Shown: one piece after another, positions 25,794 to 32,000 of the stretch
Numbering within the stretch: the first letter of the stretch is position 1
Layout of the letters: every line of letters starts with the position of its first letter
Origin: Candidatus Paracaedimonas acanthamoebae
Lineage (GTDB): Bacteria > Pseudomonadota > Alphaproteobacteria > Caedimonadales > Caedimonadaceae
Assembly: GCA_000743035.1 (NCBI GenBank)
Contig: CP008937.1
Span: 30,001 to 62,000, forward strand
Reading direction: 5' to 3'
DNA: 32,000 nt
Made by a program: the position numbers and the translations under genes
The notes under the pieces: generated by a model
The model's database searches: none
Told to the model about the DNA's origin: nothing
Seen by the model: the letters and a program-made list of their open reading frames with translations, nothing else

Positions 25794-27158
25794 ATGACTC
25801 AATCTAATAGGCACCCCAGTATGCCAATCGTTCATCCGAATGCCGCTGGGATTGATATTGGTTCCAAGTTTCATGTGGTTGCTGTAGGAAGTGATAAAGC
25901 AACAACACCAGTTCGTACGTTTCAAAGTTTTACCACGGATTTGCATGCTATGGCAAAATGGCTTAAAAGTTGTGAAGTAACCAGCATTGCTATGGAATCT
26001 ACAAGCATATATTGGATTCCTGCTTTTGAGATCTTGGAGAGTTATGGTTTTGAAGTATTTTTAGTCAATCCCCGAGAAGCCAAAAATGTTCCAGGATGTA
26101 AAACAGACGTTAATGACGCTCAATGGATTCAACGTTTACATCAATTTGGTTTGTTACGTGCCAGCTTTAGACCAGAGAAGCAAATTACTGTGCTGAGAGC
26201 TTATATTAGGCAGCGTGAGCGTATGCTTGAATTTAAAGCCTCTCATATCCAACACATGCAAAAAGCTTTAATGCAGATGAACTTACAGCTGCATCATGTG
26301 GTATCAGATATAACAGGAGCAACTGGGATGAAGATTATTCGCGCCATCATTGATGGTGAGCGTTGCCCTACAGTATTGGCAGGATACCGAGATATACGCT
26401 GTAAGGAATCCCTTAAAACTATTGAGGAATCTTTGAAAGGGAATTACCAAGAAGAGCATTTGTTTTCTCTAACTCAAGCTGTTGAGTTGTTCGATTATTA
26501 CACACAAAAAATTAATGAGTGCGATCATCGAATAGAAGAGGTATTAAACTTACTTGGAAAAGGTAATAAGTCACCTGATCAACCTATGCCTAAAGCCAGG
26601 TATCGTACTAAACAACCTAATAGCTTAAACTTTGATGTCAGAGCTTCGCTTTACCAAGTATTAGGCATGGACTTGACACAAATACACGGCATTGGACCGT
26701 CATTAGCCTTAAAATTAATATCAGAGTGTGGTACCGACATGTCTCGCTGGCCGAGCAGCAAGCACTTCACTTCTTGGCTATGTCTTTCTCCTGGGAATAA
26801 AATATCAGGAGGGAAAGTATTATCATCACGAACACGGCGTTCTTCAAATCGTGCAACCGCAGCATTAAGATTGGCTGCTGTTACAATTGGAAAGACAAAT
26901 ACGGCTCTTGGTGCATTTTATAGGCGACTCTCGGCTCGCATTGGTAAATCAAAGGCAGTTACTGCAACAGCTAGGAAAATAGCAGTCTTATTTTTTAATG
27001 CTCTACGTTATGGAATGCAATATGTTGACCCAGGTGCCAATTATTATGAAGCACGATATCAAAAGAGGGTTCTGGATAATTTATCAAAGAGGGCTGCTGC
27101 TTTAGGTTATATATTGCAAGAGAATAAAATGCAAAATCTGGCAAGTGAAGTTTCTTAG
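25794..27158 (+). CDS. IS110-family (DEDD) transposase, 454 aa
   Basis: AAGAGG RBS. The N-terminus is AAGIDIGSKFHVVAV with AMESTSIYW. The C-terminal module reads IHGIGPSLALKLISECGTDMSRWPSSKHFTSWLCLSPGNKISGGKVLSSRTRRSSNRA. Confidence 0.9.
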   Translation: MTQSNRHPSMPIVHPNAAGIDIGSKFHVVAVGSDKATTPVRTFQSFTTDLHAMAKWLKSCEVTSIAMESTSIYWIPAFEILESYGFEVFLVNPREAKNVPGCKTDVNDAQWIQRLHQFGLLRASFRPEKQITVLRAYIRQRERMLEFKASHIQHMQKALMQMNLQLHHVVSDITGATGMKIIRAIIDGERCPTVLAGYRDIRCKESLKTIEESLKGNYQEEHLFSLTQAVELFDYYTQKINECDHRIEEVLNLLGKGNKSPDQPMPKARYRTKQPNSLNFDVRASLYQVLGMDLTQIHGIGPSLALKLISECGTDMSRWPSSKHFTSWLCLSPGNKISGGKVLSSRTRRSSNRATAALRLAAVTIGKTNTALGAFYRRLSARIGKSKAVTATARKIAVLFFNALRYGMQYVDPGANYYEARYQKRVLDNLSKRAAALGYILQENKMQNLASEVS

Positions 27159-27190
27159 GAAGCGTTGGGCATATTCTCATCAGTCCGCAA

Positions 27191-28066
27191 ATGAAGTTTG
27201 CTTTTATGAAGCACCATTCTCATCTTTTTACGATTGAGCGGATGCCCAGGGTCTTTAAAGTATCCAGAAGCGGCTATTACTCCTATACAAAAGGAAAGAT
27301 AAGCAAGAGAGCCCGTGAGAATGCTCAATTGCTTGAAGCTATTAAGACAGCCTATGAAGAGAGCCGGGGGATTTATGGCAGCCCTCGCATTCATGCGACA
27401 CTCATTTTACAAGGCATCTCTTGCAGCCGTCATCGTGTGGCAAAACTGATGCGAGCGCATAGAATTGTCGCTAAAATGCAGAAGAGATTTAAGGTTAAAA
27501 GCAAGGTTAATGCTGGAACTATATTAGCAGAGAACCGTCTTGAGAGAAACTTTAAGGTTGAGGCTCCTGATCAAGTGTGGGTATCTGACATAAGCCAGAT
27601 TAAAACCTTAGAAGGATGGCTATATCTTGCTGTTGTTCTTGATCTTTTCTCAAGAAAAGTCATTGGTATGGTTATGGCAGATCGAATGACGCAGCAGCTT
27701 GTCATTAATGCTTTTAATCAAACTGCAGGAAAAAGGGATATTAAGGGGGGTCTTGTGCATCATTCTGATCAAGGGAGCCAACATACAAGCTTAGCTTTTC
27801 AACAATGCTTAAGCCGTTATGGTGTTCTTTGTAGTATGAGTCGAAAAGGAAACTGTTATGATAATGCAGTGGTAGAGAGCTTCTTTCATACCCTCAAAAC
27901 TGAGCTTATTTATAACAACCATTATGAAACGCGCCAACAAGCAAAGGAGGAGATATTTGAATATATAGAAATATTTTATAATAATAAAAGGATGCATTCT
28001 TATCTAGGCTATATGGCGCCTAATGAGTTTGAAAAAAAATGCTGTCCGGTAAAAGAGTGTCCGTAA
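27191..28066 (+). CDS. IS3-family orfB (DDE integrase core); normally made as an OrfAB fusion by -1 frameshifting
   Basis: DQVWVSDISQIKTLEGWLYLAVVLDLFSRKVIG, HHSDQGSQHTSLAF and SMSRKGNCYDNAVVESFFHTLKTELI are present. The frame is open upstream back to 27161 and is -1 relative to orfA. Confidence 0.85.
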   Translation: MKFAFMKHHSHLFTIERMPRVFKVSRSGYYSYTKGKISKRARENAQLLEAIKTAYEESRGIYGSPRIHATLILQGISCSRHRVAKLMRAHRIVAKMQKRFKVKSKVNAGTILAENRLERNFKVEAPDQVWVSDISQIKTLEGWLYLAVVLDLFSRKVIGMVMADRMTQQLVINAFNQTAGKRDIKGGLVHHSDQGSQHTSLAFQQCLSRYGVLCSMSRKGNCYDNAVVESFFHTLKTELIYNNHYETRQQAKEEIFEYIEIFYNNKRMHSYLGYMAPNEFEKKCCPVKECP

Positions 28067-28082
28067 AATCCTGGAAAGATCA

Positions 28083-28587
28083 ATTATTACTCTCTATAAA
28101 ACCCGGCAAGATGAGGAACGGGATAACTTAGTAATTAGGAATGGAGAGAAAATGCTCTTTCTTTATAAGATGAGCGATCAACCGATAATAAAATATCGGT
28201 CACGAAAACTTTCCAATCCCTACATCAAAGACGAATGGGTAACAGGCCCTGTGAACGTTGAAACGCCATTGCCTACTTATGTTTGGCTAGGTAATGCCGA
28301 GAACAACGAAGTGTGGCGTGAAATAAAAGCTGAGGTAAAGGCAGAGCGAGGAGAGAATTGTGAAATGTGCAGGAGTAAGAAGCAACTCGAACTTCATCAC
28401 ATTAAAGCTCGACGTTACGGAGGGCAAAACATTAAAGAAAATGCACAACTACTCTGCAAGCTCTGCCATCTCAAGACATCGTCTTATGGTGATCGAAGCC
28501 GATTACAATGATGGAAAGCCGTGTGCGGTGAAAGTCGCATGCACGGTTTGGGAAGAGGGATAGGGAAACACACACAGCGTGAGCTAT
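28083..28587 (+). mobile_element. Group II intron 3' fragment (inner intron): end of the IEP with HNH domain, domains V and VI
   Basis: The ORF 28152-28511 ends with CEMCRSKKQLELHHIKARRYGGQNIKENAQLLCKLCH (HNH). The domain V hairpin is at 28516-28549. The 5' part is missing; the fragment abuts the IS3 right end. Confidence 0.65.
28516..28549 (+). ncRNA. Group II intron domain V (inner intron)
   Basis: AAGCCGTGTGCGGTGAAAGTCGCATGCACGGTTT is 34 nt, with a GAAA tetraloop and an AGC triad, close to the canonical GAGCCGUAUGCG..GAAA..CGCACGUACGGUUC. Confidence 0.65.
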
Positions 28588-29605
28588 GGAGGTGCGCCCC
28601 GTCCCTACTTCATTCTCTCCTCTTCTGGCGAATATGGCTCTTGATGGACTTGAAAACCTTCTCTCTATGTTATTTAAACGAAAGAGAGTTAAAGGAAAAT
28701 TGTTTGCTCCGGGAGTTAACTATATTCGCTATGCGGATGACTTCATTATTACTGGTAAAACGCAAGAAATACTAAAGGATGAGGTCAAACCTCTTGTTGA
28801 GGAATTTCTGAAAGAAAGAGGGCTAGAACTCTCTCAAGAAAAAACAAGAATTACGCATATTGATAAAGGCTTCGACTTTTTAGGCCAGAATCTAAGGCGG
28901 TATGAAGGTAAATTACTTATTAAGCCCTCGAAGATGAATACAAAAGCCTTTCTAGATAAGGTTAAGAAGTTGATTAAAGCTCATAAGGCATCAACACAAA
29001 AAGATCTGATAGCTATTCTCAATCCTCTCTTACGAGGATGGGCGAACTATCATCAACATGTAGTTGCTAAAAGAGCGTTCTCAAGAGCAAATTATGAGAT
29101 TTGGAAAAAGCTATGGCAGTGGGCTAAACGTCGGCATCCAAGCAAAGGACGCAACTGGGTTAAGAAAAGATATTTTGTTAACTCAGGAAGTCGCAATTGG
29201 GTATTTTCTTGCATAAGTAAGAACCGCACGGGGAATCCCACACTTGCTAAGCTAATAAATTTAGCGGACACAAGAATTACAAGGCACGTTAAAATCAAAG
29301 CTCAAGCAAACCCTTTTGATCCAGAATGGGAGTCTTATTTTGATAAGCGTCTACATCTCAAAATGGAATCTCACTTCAAAGGAAAAGAAAAACTGCTTAA
29401 GCTTTGGTCAAATCAAAAAGGGCGTTGTCCTCAATGCCAACAAAAGCTCTCCTTAGAGAGAAAATGGCATATCCATCACATTCAACCAAAATGTAAGGGA
29501 GGAAAGGATACAATGTCTAACTTAGCGATGCTTCATCCTAATTGCCATAGGCAAGTTCATAACCAGCTAGAGCCGCGTCTTTTGAAAGGTGTTCAAGAGG
29601 CTTGA
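28586..29605 (+). pseudogene. Group II intron-encoded reverse transcriptase/maturase/HNH, 5'-truncated (starts in RT domain 4)
   Basis: SPLLANMALDGLE (RT4), NYIRYADDFIITG (RT5, YADD), LNPLLRGWANYHQHVVAKRAF (X/maturase) and CPQCQQKL...HIHHIQPKCKGGKDTMSNLAMLHPNCHRQVH (HNH) are present. RT domains 0-3 are absent. Confidence 0.8.
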
Positions 29606-29637
29606 GCCGAATGCGGGGAAACTCGCCTGTTCGGTTC
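29604..29637 (+). ncRNA. Group II intron domain V (outer intron)
   Basis: GAGCCGAATGCGGGGAAACTCGCCTGTTCGGTTC is 34 nt and near-canonical. Domain VI-like sequence follows, up to about 29673. Confidence 0.7.
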
Positions 29638-29673
29638 TTAGGGGAGGGAACGGCAGTAATGCCATTCTCTTAC

Positions 29674-29867
29674 CCGACGCAATTGCAAGATCAAATGAAG
29701 CCAAAGAGCTTGGTATTAAAATGGGCGAGCCTTATTTTAAATATATTAGTGAAAATAACCTTTTTTTAATAAGTTCTAATATAGAGTGCATTACAGAGTT
29801 ATTATTAAGGGGAGATAATACTTCGATGTATTTTAGTGTCAATTTTTGTTCCATATTTCTTAATTAA
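29674..29867 (+). pseudogene. umuC: Y-family DNA polymerase (UmuC-like) fragment; 3' exon of the outer intron
   Basis: DAIARSNEAKELGIKMGEPYFKYISENNLFLISSNIE parallels UmuC residues about 36-75 (CVIARNAEAKALGVKMGDPWFK...VVCFSSNYE). It degenerates and stops at 29867. Confidence 0.6.
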
Positions 29868-29887
29868 ATTTTTAAGGCAATCTTAGA

Positions 29888-30403
29888 ATGCTCTCTCAAT
29901 TTTTGAGTTACCTTGTAGATGACCTTAAAGAAAAATTTAAAGAAGTTGATGCTTGTACCTCTTATCATGCCCTAGTGCCGGATGATGTTCTCTCAAAAAG
30001 AACAGCTTTATATGTTAACCTACCTGCCATTAAAAGAGCAGAAATATTATCTGACGGCAATAAGAAGATCACGGCACAAATAATAGTTTATATTAGAATT
30101 ATAACGACTTCCTACGAAGCTAAAAATATAAGAGGAGCAGATATTGCTGCAGATCTTCTTGGTTATATTTCTACTAAAAGATGGGCAGTGCCCTATGCTT
30201 TTTCTGCTCAGAATGTTCAAGCTGATGATTGCTATGGTTTTAACAAAGATAATATCCAAATTATCTTAGGAGACAACAGTCATTGGACTCCAAGTATTTT
30301 AGCACAGGTACAACGTCTGTATGATGTAAGTCATGGGGAAGGTGATGTATCTGTATGGATGGTAAGTTGGGAACAACCATTACAATTTAATCAAGTTGAG
30401 TAA
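29888..30403 (+). CDS. Hypothetical phage-tail-module protein (171 aa), possibly tail-completion-like
   Basis: Only position supports this call: it lies immediately upstream of gpV with an 7-nt gap to the next gene. No motif recognised with confidence. Confidence 0.35.
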   Translation: MLSQFLSYLVDDLKEKFKEVDACTSYHALVPDDVLSKRTALYVNLPAIKRAEILSDGNKKITAQIIVYIRIITTSYEAKNIRGADIAADLLGYISTKRWAVPYAFSAQNVQADDCYGFNKDNIQIILGDNSHWTPSILAQVQRLYDVSHGEGDVSVWMVSWEQPLQFNQVE

Positions 30404-30410
30404 TTAACTA

Positions 30411-31019
30411 ATGGATAACAATTTTTTACTTATTGAACATGATCGTATGCTTAGTAATATGGTGCGCATTGGATTAGTCGAAGAGGTAAATTATAAAAAA
30501 GCTCGAGCTAAGATAAAGCTAGAGGATGATTTTGCAACATATTGGTTGCCATGGTTGACACGCAAAGCCGGTGCTTCTTATGAGTATTGGGCTTTAGAAA
30601 AGGAGGAACAAGTTGTTGTTGTTTTTCCTTCAGGAGACTTAAATCAAGGAATCATCATAGGGTCTATTTGTAAAGGGGATCCTGATAATAAATTAATTCC
30701 CAATTCAACTAGCTCTAAAGAAGATCAAGCTTCAAAACTACAGACTTTGCATAAGGTAGTTTATAAAGATGAGTCATCTTTTTCTTACGACTGTAATAAA
30801 GACGCGCATAATTTTTTTCTTGAAATAAGAGATAATAGTAATAAAGCGGCCATAGAAATCAATGCAGATCCGCAAAAAGGAATTTCTATCAATATAAAGG
30901 GTAGCGGGGAACTTAATTTTATAAGTGAGGGCGAGATAAATATTAAAAGCTCTCAAGCTATAAAAATTAAAGGTAAATCCCTGGATATTGAAGTAGATGA
31001 AGTAGTTCAAGTGAGATGA
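30411..31019 (+). CDS. Phage baseplate assembly protein V (gpV, spike/hub-type), 202 aa
   Basis: MVRIGLVEEVNYKKARAKIKLEDDFATYWLPWLTRKAGASYEYWALEKEEQVVVVFPSGDLNQGIIIGSI follows the P2 gpV pattern (iG.V..vd......V..g.l.T.WLPW...RAG....W..P..GEQV.v..PsGd...g...gs). Confidence 0.8.
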   Translation: MDNNFLLIEHDRMLSNMVRIGLVEEVNYKKARAKIKLEDDFATYWLPWLTRKAGASYEYWALEKEEQVVVVFPSGDLNQGIIIGSICKGDPDNKLIPNSTSSKEDQASKLQTLHKVVYKDESSFSYDCNKDAHNFFLEIRDNSNKAAIEINADPQKGISINIKGSGELNFISEGEINIKSSQAIKIKGKSLDIEVDEVVQVR

Positions 31020-31032
31020 GGAAAATAATATA

Positions 31033-31377
31033 ATGGCAGGGATGGATGCAGAAACAGGGAAGCTTATTGAAGGACTTGATCATTTAAAGCAATCAATTTT
31101 GGATATTCTTAAAACACCTTTAGGTTCACGTGTTATGCGTCGTGATTATGGGTCTAGAATTTTCTCAATGTTAGATCAGCCAATTAATCAGGAGCTTATT
31201 TTACAATTGCAAGCATCTGTTGCAGAAGCCTTGACTACTTATGAACCACGTTTACGTCTTTCCAGGGTTAAAGTAGACAGCCGAGGACCTGGGGAAATTT
31301 TAATAAAAATAGAAGGCTATCATGCCGTTGATGGCCAGCCCATAAATTTAAGTGAACGAATTGAAATGATGAATTAA
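31033..31377 (+). CDS. GPW/gp25-family baseplate wedge protein, 114 aa
   Basis: ILKTPLGSRVMRRDYGSRIFSMLDQPIN plus the size match the gpW/gp25 lysozyme-like fold family. Confidence 0.85.
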   Translation: MAGMDAETGKLIEGLDHLKQSILDILKTPLGSRVMRRDYGSRIFSMLDQPINQELILQLQASVAEALTTYEPRLRLSRVKVDSRGPGEILIKIEGYHAVDGQPINLSERIEMMN

Positions 31378-31414
31378 TAACTGCTGTAATCGGGCGTACA
31401 AGGGGGAGGAAGTT

Positions 31415-32000
31415 TTGGGGTTTAAAACTGATTTTGAGACACTAGACTTTGAGACTATTGTCCAAGAAATGAAGCAATCATTAATTAAAAAATGGAAAAG
31501 CATCAATGTTCATGTTGATGAACTTCTCGAAAGTGATCCTGCGGTTAAAATTATTGAGATTGCAGCATATCAAGAATTGTATGCACGTCAAAGTATTAAA
31601 GAATCAATAAAAAAAGTTTTTGTGCAAAGTGCTCAAGATAAAGATTTAGAAAATCTTGCAACTCTATTTAATCTCAAACGACTTAAGAATGAAGATGACA
31701 ATAAGTTTCGAGAAAGGATTATGTCTTCGCGCTATTTAGAGCAATCTGCAGGAACTAAAGCAGCTTATGAGCAATGTGTTCTTAGTCATTCCTATGTTCA
31801 AGATGCAAAAGCACTGTGTAATGAAGATTCAAAAATAGAAATAATTGTTTTGTTGCAAGTACATGAAGAACAATTATTCTCCACACTTGAAAAGGAGATA
31901 GGAAGGCATATTGAAGAAAGGCGTGTCATTACTGATTATGTAGTTCTAAAACCTGCGTATATCCATTCTTATCAACTTTCTGCAGAATTATACCTTCGAC
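31415..32000 (+). CDS. Baseplate J-like protein (gpJ), N-terminal part; continues beyond the window
   Basis: The frame is open to the window end. A TTG start at 31415 sits about 5 nt after GGGGGAGGA. DFETLDFETIVQEMKQSL and ESDPAVKIIEIAAYQELYARQSIKES...DLENLATLFNLKRL...DDNKFRERI parallel the P2 gpJ N-terminus. Confidence 0.75.
   Translation, partial: MGFKTDFETLDFETIVQEMKQSLIKKWKSINVHVDELLESDPAVKIIEIAAYQELYARQSIKESIKKVFVQSAQDKDLENLATLFNLKRLKNEDDNKFRERIMSSRYLEQSAGTKAAYEQCVLSHSYVQDAKALCNEDSKIEIIVLLQVHEEQLFSTLEKEIGRHIEERRVITDYVVLKPAYIHSYQLSAELYLR

Larger units (their letters stand above)
25563..27160 (+). mobile_element. Intact IS110-group element (about 1.6 kb) inserted in the A-run of IS3
   Basis: Removing 25563-27160 restores ATCTTAAAAAAAGCG and the orfA reading frame. 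Short inverted ends are CTTCCTAAAGAAA and TTTCTTAGGAAG. The boundary is ambiguous by 1-2 A residues. Confidence 0.75.
25230..28082 (+). mobile_element. IS3-family element carrying a nested IS110 insertion
   Basis: It has TG...CA ends. The imperfect IRs at 25230-25265 and 28046-28082 match at 28 of 36 positions by eye (TGATCTTTCCA...TTTTACCG). It contains orfA, a slippery run and an orfB with an rve-type core. Confidence 0.8.

Noticed and set aside
26995-27394. Minus-strand ORFs 26995-27180 and 27155-27394
   Set aside because: They are antisense to the IS110 transposase 3' end and to IS3 orfB, and they span the insertion junction, so they cannot be ancestral genes.
28592-28600. GTGCGCCCC resembling a group II intron 5' end (GUGYG)
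   Set aside because: It lies inside the sequence encoding RT domain 4 of the second intron protein. No domain I-III RNA could fit between it and the ORF, so it is most likely coincidental.
28360-28775. ORFs 28360-28563 and 28521-28775
   Set aside because: They read through the intron domain V/VI RNA region and out-of-frame parts of the intron-encoded proteins.
29589-29867. 92-aa ORF treated as a gene
   Set aside because: It is a read-through of intron domains V/VI fused to the UmuC-like relic. Only the 29674-29867 part has protein-like similarity, and that is a fragment.
27809-31010. Minus-strand ORFs 27809-27997, 29092-29298, 30047-30259 and 30774-31010
   Set aside because: They are antisense shadows within IS3 orfB, the intron RT/maturase, the 171-aa ORF and gpV respectively.

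Overview
AT-rich accessory region with no rRNA, tRNA or CRISPR array that I can recognise. Its content fits an amoeba- or protist-associated intracellular bacterium, possibly an environmental chlamydia such as Neochlamydia or Protochlamydia; that is only a guess from gene content and cannot be verified here. Four layers are visible. (1) 1-4264 is the right-hand part of a Tn3-family transposon: a YhcG-like PD-(D/E)XK nuclease, then TnpA (971 aa), then a tyrosine recombinase. These three are translationally coupled, and the element ends in a GGGG-type terminal inverted repeat that truncates an older IS110 copy. (2) 4.4-19.9 kb holds genes for eukaryote-like or secreted proteins. They include three F-box proteins (one an 887-aa F-box + Sel1 + RNI-type LRR chimera), a Sel1-repeat protein, a secreted ComEC-type metallo-beta-lactamase-fold protein, an orphan HigA-like regulator, and several ORFans with signal-peptide-like N-termini. 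Interspersed are repeated IS110 3'-end remnants, one intact IS1111-like IS110-family element, and a 327-bp miniature element with perfect 32-bp Tn3-like inverted repeats. (3) 19.9-29.9 kb is an insertion-sequence graveyard. It contains fragments of IS66, a serine resolvase, IS256, IS5-like, ISNCY, IS110 and IS982 elements, plus a second miniature Tn3-like element. It also has an ISKra4-like element with a PRiA4_ORF3-like passenger gene and a frameshifted transposase. An IS3 element there has an intact IS110 element sitting exactly in its A7G frameshift site. Two nested, 5'-truncated group II introns have recognisable domain V hairpins, and the outer one interrupts a umuC fragment. (4) From 29.9 kb to the window edge, a P2/R-tailocin-like baseplate module (unknown 171 aa, gpV, gpW, gpJ) starts abruptly with no head or lysis genes upstream. 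The most checkable new signal is the 231-nt 5' non-coding end of the nested IS110. It carries two ACCCCGTT motifs, each followed by a string identical to one of the element's own insertion junctions, as expected for a bridge RNA. All family calls come from motif recognition by eye; no searches were run.
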